Made by a program: the position numbers and the translations under genes
In this document: piece after piece, positions 46,064 through 55,041 of the stretch
Position numbering within the stretch: position 1 is the stretch's first letter
How the letters are laid out: every line of letters starts with the position of its first letter
Notes under the pieces: model-generated
Seen by the model: the letters and a program-made list of their open reading frames with translations, nothing else
Database searches by the model: none
What the model was told of the DNA's origin: nothing
Virus record (IMG/VR): IMGVR_UViG_3300046517_002304
Coordinates: 310,001-374,000 of that record
DNA: 64,000 nucleotides
Strand: one strand, 5' to 3'

Positions 46064-47533
46064 TTACGCCGAAATTTCGGCGTACCTTTCATTGTTAAGA
46101 ACTTCCAGCATAGACTCATACGGAGTCACGGAAATTCCGCCAAGCAAATACTTCAAAATGACTGGCGAACAGCCGCTCACAAGATAAGTTCCACGCTCGT
46201 CCTTCTTCACCGGAACGCCCTTCTCCGGAGTTGCATTCACGTTCCAGAAAACAAGCTTCGGCATTTCATAACCGCTTTGCTCGTACTTCTGCTTAATAAC
46301 TTCAAAATTAGTTTTATCATTATCTCTGCATGCAACATCAAACTGCATGTCGGAAATAATGTAAAGCACATTCGGCATTTGATGCAAAGGAACATTATTC
46401 TCCACCGCAGTAGAGAGAACCACATCAAACACCGCTTGCAGGTTAGTGTTCTGATTCCAGTCAGCACGACGCAAGTTAGCGTCCTTTTCCTTCAACGTCT
46501 TGCCCTTCAACTTCTGCAAAGACGGTCGGTTAGAAAAAGTAATGAAAGCATCCTTGAATGCACCCTGATTGCGCTCCGCAAAGTAGATTGCCAGTGAAGT
46601 GCAAACATCCAAAGGATTTCCGTTCATGCTACCGCTAACGTCAGCGATAACAAGACCATTATGCGGATTATCCTTAAGATAATCAGGAAGCGCCTTCCAC
46701 TGCAACTCTAAGGACCGAGCCTGTTGCTCATCGGAATATCTAATGGCCTTTATAATATCATAAGGATAAAGAGTTCCTGCCTTAATTTCAGCTTCGCCCT
46801 TTTCCACTTTTTCCAAGTATTCGGTATATCTCTCACCGTCATGCTTATGAAATGCCGTTCGGTAAATCATGCTTGCACGACTAGGAACACGCTCATAGTT
46901 AATGGCGTCCCATTTTCCTGCACACATATTCTTCTCAACAATATTAATGCGGGTTCGCAGACCAACCAGCATCTTGCGGTATTCCTTCGCAGAATATCCA
47001 AGGCGATTTGACAGGAAATTCGCCAGTTGAACCGTCTTTTTGCTGCTGGTGTTGTTGGACGGCATCCACTTACCAAGCAACGAAACTTCTCCGCTGCTGG
47101 AAAGGTCGGCATTCAACTGCTTAGAAATAAATTCAAGTACCGCCTGTTCACATGGCGTACCAATCAAACAAAACAAGTCATCCCATCGTCCGAAATGAGG
47201 AATGTGCTTGATGTTTTTAAGAACAGCTTCCTTATGATTATTAGCAAGGAACGTCAAAAGACGACGAACTACATCGCGTTCGCCTTGCCCACCACGAATA
47301 TCGCGGAAGTGAAGCAGACATCGCAATGCTAGAGTATTGTCCTCTGAAAATGCTCTACCGAACAGATGTTCAACACTTTCCCAATTACCTTTTAGGGAAG
47401 AACGACAAGCCGCACCCATCGCATAGAAGTCTAGCAAATCAGACTTCGTAGACTTGAGCGTCTTGGCTCCGTTCGCAGTTTCAGTGGTATTGAGGCTATC
47501 CTCAAGGTTATTTACGAATGTATTTTCGTCCAT
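46064..47533 (-). CDS. DUF2828 family TROVE/Ro60-like protein with C-terminal vWA domain
   Basis: TANGA, RDIRGGQGER, FGRWDDL, GKWMP, INYERVPS, MIDAS DVSGSM, ISDMQFD, VFWNV. Confidence 0.85.
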   Translation of the reverse strand: MDENTFVNNLEDSLNTTETANGAKTLKSTKSDLLDFYAMGAACRSSLKGNWESVEHLFGRAFSEDNTLALRCLLHFRDIRGGQGERDVVRRLLTFLANNHKEAVLKNIKHIPHFGRWDDLFCLIGTPCEQAVLEFISKQLNADLSSSGEVSLLGKWMPSNNTSSKKTVQLANFLSNRLGYSAKEYRKMLVGLRTRINIVEKNMCAGKWDAINYERVPSRASMIYRTAFHKHDGERYTEYLEKVEKGEAEIKAGTLYPYDIIKAIRYSDEQQARSLELQWKALPDYLKDNPHNGLVIADVSGSMNGNPLDVCTSLAIYFAERNQGAFKDAFITFSNRPSLQKLKGKTLKEKDANLRRADWNQNTNLQAVFDVVLSTAVENNVPLHQMPNVLYIISDMQFDVACRDNDKTNFEVIKQKYEQSGYEMPKLVFWNVNATPEKGVPVKKDERGTYLVSGCSPVILKYLLGGISVTPYESMLEVLNNERYAEISA

Positions 47534-47575
47534 CGTATGCCCTTTCTATGTTTTGAGATTTTGTAATATGGGTAA

Positions 47576-47974
47576 CTAAGAATGATGAAGGTTGTTAAAT
47601 TCTTCTTCGGTAATGTGCCTTGTAACTGGATAGGCGTTTACGTAAAGTGGTTGCCCAAGAAAATTTTGGTAGTAAGATTTATACCCTATGCCATTATAAT
47701 ACCATCGTTGAACACCGCCACACGCAGAAGAATAAATAGCAGGCAAATCATCATCACAATGAATTTGGCCTTCTTTGTTAAAATAAGTCTTTTCCACCGA
47801 GCATTTTTGCCAAACTACAATTCCATCACGAACGCAATAAGTCATTTCCCCTCTTTTAAACTTAATAAACTTAGATTTCTTGGCAAGAATCTCTGGCTTA
47901 CTTTCCGCCTTTGCAAATGGCAAGAAAGAAAGCAATCCAGCAGGAATGAATGCAAGGAAATTACGTCGCAGCAT
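47576..47974 (-). CDS. Tat-signal HRxDGPA-family protein (single repeat)
   Basis: MLRRNFLAFIPAGLLSFLPFAKA-E; IHCDDDLPA. Confidence 0.7.
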   Translation of the reverse strand: MLRRNFLAFIPAGLLSFLPFAKAESKPEILAKKSKFIKFKRGEMTYCVRDGIVVWQKCSVEKTYFNKEGQIHCDDDLPAIYSSACGGVQRWYYNGIGYKSYYQNFLGQPLYVNAYPVTRHITEEEFNNLHHS

Positions 47975-47996
47975 TTGATTGTTCCTGAAAATTAAC

Positions 47997-48038
47997 GAGA
48001 TTCATTTTTGCGTAAAGCTTTGTTGCTGTTAGAATCTC
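47997..48038 (-). repeat. CAGCAA-loop hairpin, copy B (directly 3' of the tRNA)
   Basis: GAGATTC-TAACAGCAA...AT-GAATCTC. Confidence 0.65.
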
Positions 48039-48041
48039 AAA

Positions 48042-48116
48042 TGGCTGTGGTCAGATTTGAACTGACGATCTCAAGGTTATGGGCCTCGCGGGGACTCCAG
48101 GCTCCCCCACACAGCG
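48042..48116 (-). tRNA. tRNA-Met(CAT), initiator-like, CCA not encoded
   Basis: Acceptor CGCTGTG/CACAGCC (1:72 mismatch), D arm GGGG/CCCC, anticodon arm CGAGG-CCCATAA-CCTTG, T arm GTCAG-TTCAAAT-CTGAC. Confidence 0.9.
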
Positions 48117-48151
48117 GCATGCTTACTTTTTTTCTAAAAAGTAAGAAAAAT

Positions 48152-48203
48152 CAAGATGCATCTTCTTCACCAATGGAATTTTGGATTGCTGCAAGCACCT
48201 TTG
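48152..48203 (-). repeat. CAGCAA-loop hairpin, copy C
   Basis: AAGGTGC-TTGCAGCAATCCAAAATTCCATTGG...AT-GCATCTT. Confidence 0.75.
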
Positions 48204-48211
48204 TGAACACA

Positions 48212-48240
48212 TATATAGCAAAAAAGTAGAAAAAAGTCAA
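48212..48240 (-). promoter_or_regulatory. Sigma70-like promoter for the hairpin C / tRNA / hairpin B transcript
   Basis: TTGACT-17 nt-TATATA with extended TG. Confidence 0.55.
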
Positions 48241-48242
48241 GA

Positions 48243-48815
48243 CTAAATCGGCGGTCCAGAATTAGCGTAATAGTAACTCAAAGCCGCTTGGTAAGTAGTG
48301 CTCGCATCTTGATAGCGGGCCTGAGCCGTATCATAATCTGGTACAGCGGTGACGGTCCATAGGTCGGTGGCATTGTTAAAGTAAATTACTGCATCAGCAT
48401 ACTGAGGAGTATTCGGATACTGCGGAAACCACAGTCCATTACCGGCAATATAATTTCCATCGCCACGTAATTTATAATACTCTCCGAGATCCCAAAAAGT
48501 ATCTCCGGTTTGAAAATATCCGTTGCCACTAGCGATTAAGTTATTATAAGTAGCCTTCATATCATCCGACCATCTAGTCGGGGCCGATGGCAATGCTGCC
48601 TTATCATTCAAGGCGTCTTGCCAGGCATAACCAGCCTCGCCTCTCGCTGCTGCAACTGCCATTGATGCATTATTTGCAGCAGACAATGCCTGAGTTTGGG
48701 CTGTGGTCGGTTGATTCGGTTGCCCGCCACCCGGAGGACCGCCGCCATACTGAGCAAATGCGCTTGTCTGAGCCAACATCAAAACAACAAACGCCATCAG
48801 TTTTGTTTTCATCAT
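48243..48815 (-). CDS. Secreted Ala/Tyr-rich helical protein
   Basis: Likely start MMKTKLMAFVVLMLAQTSAFA-Q (Sec signal, AFA); resembles 48936-49457. Confidence 0.7.
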   Translation of the reverse strand: MMKTKLMAFVVLMLAQTSAFAQYGGGPPGGGQPNQPTTAQTQALSAANNASMAVAAARGEAGYAWQDALNDKAALPSAPTRWSDDMKATYNNLIASGNGYFQTGDTFWDLGEYYKLRGDGNYIAGNGLWFPQYPNTPQYADAVIYFNNATDLWTVTAVPDYDTAQARYQDASTTYQAALSYYYANSGPPI

Positions 48816-48841
48816 TTTCCTTCTCAGGTTAGAATTTAAAA

Positions 48842-48910
48842 TAAAAAACAAAAGACGCATCCTCTTCGCCAATGGAATTTTGGATTGCTGTAAGCATCTT
48901 TTGTTTTTTA
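48842..48910 (-). repeat. CAGCAA-loop hairpin, copy D (long stem, U-tail)
   Basis: TAAAAAACAAAAGATGC-TTACAGCAATCCAAAATTCCATTGG...AT-GCGTCTTTTGTTTTTTA. Confidence 0.75.
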
Positions 48911-48935
48911 GAAAATCATTTCAAATCTACGGCGA

Positions 48936-49457
48936 TTAGTTATAGCTATAAAAGTACCAAGCGTACCAGTATGCCATATATGCGCTGGTATAATTGCCTT
49001 TAGCTGCTTGCCAGTAGCTTTTAGCATTATTGGTATTATTAACGAAATACCCACTGGCCAAATTAGCGTCCGCTTTACACGCCGCCCAAAGCTGGAAGTT
49101 ATACTCGCTAACGGCTTGGTTGTACCAAGTAAGACCTGAATCGTACTCCGTTCCTGCATCTACATCATTAAAAACGCCGTCTACAACCAGAGAATCTCCC
49201 GTAGCGATATACCCGTTATAGGCATCAATTTGCCACTGCTGCCAACCACTTTTAATTCCCGGAAGACCAGCCTTAAATTCGGTAGCTGCTGTGGCTTCGG
49301 CGGCGGAATCAGCCTCGGCCGTTTCGGCTTGTCCCTTCAAAATTTCAGCGGTAGTTTTTGCAACACCAGCATCGTACTGGTCATCCGCTACTACATAACT
49401 ACACATTCCCAACGCCAAGACTAACGTTGCCAAAACTCCAGCCATTTTGTTCATCAT
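48936..49457 (-). CDS. Secreted Ala/Tyr-rich helical protein
   Basis: AAGGAG SD; MMNKMAGVLATLVLALGMCSYVVA-D signal; YNxxIAxG shared with neighbour. Confidence 0.7.
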   Translation of the reverse strand: MMNKMAGVLATLVLALGMCSYVVADDQYDAGVAKTTAEILKGQAETAEADSAAEATAATEFKAGLPGIKSGWQQWQIDAYNGYIATGDSLVVDGVFNDVDAGTEYDSGLTWYNQAVSEYNFQLWAACKADANLASGYFVNNTNNAKSYWQAAKGNYTSAYMAYWYAWYFYSYN

Positions 49458-49497
49458 CTCAATTCTCCTTGTGAAGTGGGTAAAATTTACGACCGTT

Positions 49498-49526
49498 TTT
49501 ATAACAAAAAAGTAATCGGCTGTCAA
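49498..49526 (-). promoter_or_regulatory. Sigma70-like promoter
   Basis: TTGACA-17 nt-TATAAA with extended TG. Confidence 0.6.
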
Positions 49527-49862
49527 TAAGTCTAGGCAGATTTCTTGGCAGGACTTGAATCGTGCCATTTTATGATGGCTTTGACAGCAGCATTAATCAT
49601 ATCTTTTTTACTACTAAAATCTTTTTCCCAAAACATTCCGATGAAAAGTTTCCCGGGGGAATTCTTTTGAATTACATAGGCATTAAACGGGTTGACATCT
49701 GCTTTGAGCGATTCATGCTCAATGCTACCGATCAAAACGCTGTCGCGGTAAACCTGTTCAATATAAGATGTGCCTTCTTGCGTCCCTTGAACATTAACGG
49801 CTGGCATGGCGTTTTCCTTTGAGGAAAGATGGTTTTCTAACTCGCTTATGGATAACTAAATT

Positions 49863-50465
49863 TTAAACAAAACCTCGCGCCTTGCACGGTGCAATCAATT
49901 CGCGAAATGATTCAAGATCACACACAAAAAACCTATGACCTTTATAAAACCACTGTGTAAACGCCGGAAACTTATCGTCTTCTATTGCAGGCCCATCTTC
50001 ACGATGTCTGTTGCCATTGAAATACCATTCTCTTACTCCACATGGGTCAACAATCGCTGGCCCATCTTCACGATGACATATGCCATTTTTGAGCCACTCT
50101 TTCCTGCCGTCAGAATGAATAACGGCCGGGCCATTATCTCGGTGGCACACTCCATTTTTAAACCATGAACAATAACCGTCACGCCTCATTATTGCAGGCA
50201 AATCACCGTCTCTGTGAATTTGTCCTTTTTTATTATAAAAAGTAATTTCGCCCCTAACGGTGCTTTCTATGGTCTTATAAACCACTCCATCTACCGCACA
50301 TAAAATTAAATCGCCAAGCATAACTGAATCTGGAATAGCAGAAACAGCATCAAGCGCAACATTCATTTCGCCAAATTCAACGTGAGCATCTTCTGCCTTA
50401 ACCTTAAAAGACAGCATGCCAATCAACGCCGAGGGTATAAAGGAAAGTAGAGTTCTTCTCTTCAT
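49863..50465 (-). CDS. Tat-signal HRxDGPA-repeat protein
   Basis: MKRRTLLSFIPSALIGMLSFKVKA-E; four repeats. Confidence 0.75.
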   Translation of the reverse strand: MKRRTLLSFIPSALIGMLSFKVKAEDAHVEFGEMNVALDAVSAIPDSVMLGDLILCAVDGVVYKTIESTVRGEITFYNKKGQIHRDGDLPAIMRRDGYCSWFKNGVCHRDNGPAVIHSDGRKEWLKNGICHREDGPAIVDPCGVREWYFNGNRHREDGPAIEDDKFPAFTQWFYKGHRFFVCDLESFRELIAPCKARGFV

Positions 50466-50892
50466 GATTTTGCTCCTTATGCCACTTCGGCAGATTTTTT
50501 GACGATCTTGTTCTTGCGACCAGACTGCTTGAAACTCTTGGACGCCTTCAACTGTTTTTCAAGTTGCTTGGCAAAAGCAAATACAGACGGAGGCAACTTG
50601 CCGCCTACCGTACTATTCGGATCGTCATAGCCGTCAAAGGCTATGCTCATTAATTCCAGCGCTTCTGGATGATCGGCCAAATCAAGAATTAAATTTGTAA
50701 GTAATTCTGCTTGTTCAGAATTCATTACACAGGTAATGTCAAAGCCAACGCTTACGTTAAATGCAGGAGTTCTCATTTTCTATCCTCTAGTTGCCTTATG
50801 AAGTTTGCGTGAAGTTATGTTAAGATGGGTTATATAAGCACTATGGATAACTAAGAAAATTGATGCATCATAGATGCGACAATTGCTTCATG

Positions 50893-51519
50893 TTACTTAA
50901 CATCTTGCAAATAACGCTGAGTTTCAGCATCAATTCTTCCTTGTCTTGGAGTATTATCTTTATGATCCCATAACCATTTATGAGCAGGAATTCTAAAATC
51001 ATACTGTTCTTCATTTATTCCATATCCATAAAGATACCATGCCCGCCAGCCGGTTGTTGGGCTTGTAATGGCCGGGCCATCTTCACGATGACGCTCGCCG
51101 TTCTGATACCAAAATTCATCGCCACAGCTATAATAATGAGCGGGTCCACCATCACGATGCCTCTCGCCATTTTTATACCACACAAACTCGCCCCATCCAA
51201 ATTCAATAGCCGGACCATCTTCCCTGTGTCGTATTCCGTTAATAAACCATTCTTTGCTACCTTGCCAACCCTCTACCGCCGGACCATCATTTCTGTGAAG
51301 TTCTCCGGAAGAATTATAGTAACGCTTTGTACCGTAACGGTCAGTGCGACAACCACTCCCCCATCCAGGTGGTATTTCAGAATGAGTTAATTTAATAACG
51401 AAATTATCCGCCTTAGTAATTGATTCCGGCGCAACTTCAGTTGCTTTAGTTTCTTTCACAGAGAAGAAACCGGCAAACAGGCCAGCAGGAATTAATCCAA
51501 GGAAATTTCTACGCTTCAT
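50893..51519 (-). CDS. Tat-signal HRxDGPA-repeat protein
   Basis: MKRRNFLGLIPAGLFAGFFSVKETKA-T; four repeats. Confidence 0.75.
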   Translation of the reverse strand: MKRRNFLGLIPAGLFAGFFSVKETKATEVAPESITKADNFVIKLTHSEIPPGWGSGCRTDRYGTKRYYNSSGELHRNDGPAVEGWQGSKEWFINGIRHREDGPAIEFGWGEFVWYKNGERHRDGGPAHYYSCGDEFWYQNGERHREDGPAITSPTTGWRAWYLYGYGINEEQYDFRIPAHKWLWDHKDNTPRQGRIDAETQRYLQDVK

Positions 51520-52002
51520 TTTAGCACCAAAGCCAGGTCAAATGTCCGAAATCAACTACTGGATCGGCTCCAGCTTCTTGTAGTTTTTTAATATCGTCCG
51601 CAAATGTAGCTCTAAAAATTTCAATTTCATCTGTCATATTAATGTCTGTCAAAGACTTGTATTTGATATCATAATTTCCAACATTACGAGCACTCCATGC
51701 ATTCTTTTTATTGTAAAGAGCAAAAGATACCTTATTGCGATTATCTTCTACAAAATAGAATTTATCTACTCCTAGCAATTCATTAAAATTAATAAGCACC
51801 ATTTCTTCAACGGCAATAGCAATAATTAAACTACCGCAACTCCGACAAAATTTACCAACATCTTCTCCCCAATGATGAAGAGATGGTTGTTTTTTATACT
51901 TATCGCACACTGCATTATTACAAGCATTAATTTGCCTTAGTGATGGACGCACCACCTGTTTAAGCTTAATATATGGACCAACGTATGAAAAGTAATCAGC
52001 GC

Positions 52003-52389
52003 TCATTTCATCTCCTTCAGTTTTTCTGCTGCCGCTTGATCAAATGAATAATAATTACAAGTTAATTCTTCTCCTGCCTTGATATCTCTTGCAGCAATTC
52101 CTAGTATGGAATCAAACGAATAAAGAATATTAGGATCATCTGAATGATTGCAGAACTTATCATTATCTCCCGGAAGATAATAAACGTCATCATGTAAAAA
52201 TGCATATGCTCTTACATGATCCGAAGCCGCAGGCGGGACAAACTCCGTATCCAACTCAATTTTAGGAATCATATTATCAAACTTAGTATCTAATTTAGAT
52301 ACAACTGTATCCTTAGGAATATCATGAACCGCAAACAATCCAAGTCCATGAATTTTGGATGCGGCTATATGCGTATCAACTAACAGCAT
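52003..52389 (-). CDS. SET-domain protein (putative lysine methyltransferase)
   Basis: SKIHGLGLFA..DIPK, FCNHSDDPN, AARDIKAGEELTCNY. Confidence 0.9.
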   Translation of the reverse strand: MLLVDTHIAASKIHGLGLFAVHDIPKDTVVSKLDTKFDNMIPKIELDTEFVPPAASDHVRAYAFLHDDVYYLPGDNDKFCNHSDDPNILYSFDSILGIAARDIKAGEELTCNYYSFDQAAAEKLKEMK

Positions 52390-54219
52390 TATTGTAATTC
52401 CTTTTTAAGGAGTTCGGCAACATCATATAAATCAGGTATTTCCATGCCGTCTTTTACCTGAACCGTATGTACTGCGATATAATAATTAACATTTTGAGTG
52501 TACCAGATATTATGGTCTGGACTTTCAGCTTCCATTAAATGTTCGTCTGATAACTCTACGCCAGTATTCTCTTTAATAAATGCAAAAGCATCTTTTAATT
52601 TAATAAAGAATCTAATGGCATGACCTTCAACCCCGTTGATCGTCCGTGGTGAATACAATGCGCCATAAATATTCATGGTGATTTCGCCTTTACTTCTTTT
52701 GCCTGTACTTCGGCCCAATACATCTGACTATTAGTGCTCCAAGACTTTAGCTCAGAACTACTTGAATTTATATCATACGATGAAATATCAACATCTGTAT
52801 TTTGATTTATAAAATCCAAAGCATCCTGCAAATCTTCAAACAACCCTGTATCCATTGGACCATCATGAATCTGACCATATTGGGCCATAAGAACAATCAT
52901 GGAACACTTTCAAAGTAAGTGGGGTTAATCGGATGATATGAAGTAACCAGTCGTCTTAAGTTTCTTAAAATACGATCTATGTCGGGCTGGGAGCCGCCGG
53001 CTTTTTGTATGTTTGCTCCGATGATATCTGTTATCTGATCGATACTAAAGCCATAACTGTACAAAATCCGGCAGTCGCTCTCAACATTTGCCAAAAAACG
53101 CTTAGTCTTGCGTTCGTCAAGTTTGTTTTTAATCCAAGAAATCATCTATTTATTTCCGTGTTATTGCCAATGCTAGTGCTATGAACACTCCAAGTCCAGC
53201 GCCCCAATATGCCATTCCAAATAAATCGCCAAATACACTAAACATAGAAACACATCCCAGTAAAACTGCTAAATTTACAATTAATTTGTCGTCGTTGCTC
53301 ATTTTAGAAATCCGTAGGGATAGTAGAAATACTTGCTAGCCTATTCTCAATATCTGCTAGTAGATGTTTTTTGAATACCTTAACAATTTGAAGAAAATCA
53401 CTTTTATTAAACTGTTGAGCTACATTAACTTTCTGTCCATGTAGCGTATTTCCATTATTAACAAAATATAAATACCAATACATTGCAGAAGTAGGCTTGT
53501 ATATTTTAAAACTTTTGCACACGCTAGAATACATTGCGCATGCGGTAGACGAAATCTTTGCAGTTTCGTCTACCTCAAACCCAACGCTTTTTAAAAATTC
53601 AATTTCATTTTCCATAAAACCCTTCAATCGTCAAACTTAATAAGGTAATCGCCGGCCTTCAGCTTACCTCTGAAACACAGGTCGTTCAACAAGTCCTCAA
53701 AAATATCACGAACATTATCCATTTCTTCGCCCTTTGCCTGAAGCTCAGCCACAATAGCATCGTCTAATTTCTCTGACGAAACAGACTCCTCTATCATGTT
53801 ATCGTCTTGCATAATCATATATGGAATATTAAAATCTACTCCATAAACTTCTTCAAAAAGTCTGCTCAAATTACAGGCATCGTATCTGATGAGCTTGGCC
53901 ATTTTGGGTTCCTTTATCTTGGGATTAGAGTAATCAGACCGATTAAATCATCAGTAAATTCTAACAAATCAATAATTATTTGTTTAACGATTGGGGAAAA
54001 TTCATTTCTTAAACTGGCAATCGGCAACTCACGCTTGAAATCTCTCATAAGTGCTGCATGTTTAAACCGCAAAACCCATCTATGATAGCTGCCGTCATCC
54101 AACTTCCAAGTATGGATGTTTATATTTTTACATGCTCCACTCTGAAAAGACTCAAATATTCCCTCGGAATTATCAACCATCCCAATTTCTTTTAAATATA
54201 AAATGTCGTCTTCCATGAG

Positions 54220-55041
54220 TCAAACCTTATGCACTTTATTTTCGTATAGGTAGTATACAGGAACTGGGAACTTCTGTCTAGACAGAAATTGATGAATTTC
54301 GTCCAAAGCATACCTGATTGAAATATGGTACAGGAACAAAGCATCAATCCTTTTATTTTTAATAACTTCCATTACACCATCAAAAGACGAATGAACATCG
54401 TATTTGATATCGTTTTTGTTTAAAAACGTACATTCATGGCAGAAAATACCACCGTCATACTCACCGTACTTGTCCAACGGAACCGTATCGCCTGAATACG
54501 TAAGCAATCCATGCTTGTAATCATTCGTAATCGGCGTTCCAGACTGCTTAAGTCTAATGATTTCGTCTACAGGAGCACAGCTATATTCTTCCTTTAACTT
54601 TCTGCGAACCTCGAATAACTGAAATCCAAGCGTAAGCGCGCCTTCAATATGCCTGCCTGGGAAACAATATACATATAGGTTTCTTCCTACTTCAACAACC
54701 TGATGTGCATCTACGGCAATCCACTCAATCTGGAATTGCGTATTATTGATTTCCTGCTCAAGATAAACCTTCATCTTAATAACACCCAAACTGCCCTTGG
54801 GATAAATAATTCTAAGAGGCTTATTGTTGTGGCCCTTACCAAATTCTCTTGCGTGAAAGAAACTTGGAAGACCAGATATATGATCTAAGTGACCATGAGA
54901 CAGCAGAATCGTTTCAACAGCGAAAATGCGTTCTTTAAGATTAAATGCGCACCCTTCGCCGCAATCAAAGAGGATACGGCTTGGCTGATGAAAAAGCCAC
55001 GTAGCATAGCCAGCCAATGAGCAACCTTCAAGATTCAGCAT
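54220..55041 (-). CDS. rnz: RNase Z-like metallo-beta-lactamase fold hydrolase
   Basis: FDCGEG, SHGHLDH, YSGDT, HECTF, HSS, HISIRY. Confidence 0.8.
   Translation of the reverse strand: MLNLEGCSLAGYATWLFHQPSRILFDCGEGCAFNLKERIFAVETILLSHGHLDHISGLPSFFHAREFGKGHNNKPLRIIYPKGSLGVIKMKVYLEQEINNTQFQIEWIAVDAHQVVEVGRNLYVYCFPGRHIEGALTLGFQLFEVRRKLKEEYSCAPVDEIIRLKQSGTPITNDYKHGLLTYSGDTVPLDKYGEYDGGIFCHECTFLNKNDIKYDVHSSFDGVMEVIKNKRIDALFLYHISIRYALDEIHQFLSRQKFPVPVYYLYENKVHKV

Noticed and set aside
1572-47578. TAG stop-codon reassignment
   Set aside because: Recognisable genes are full length under the standard code and end properly at TAG (pth2, tatA, groES).
47980-48041. HDV-like (theta) ribozyme at the tRNA 3' end
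   Set aside because: No nested double pseudoknot visible; the trailer is the CAGCAA hairpin.
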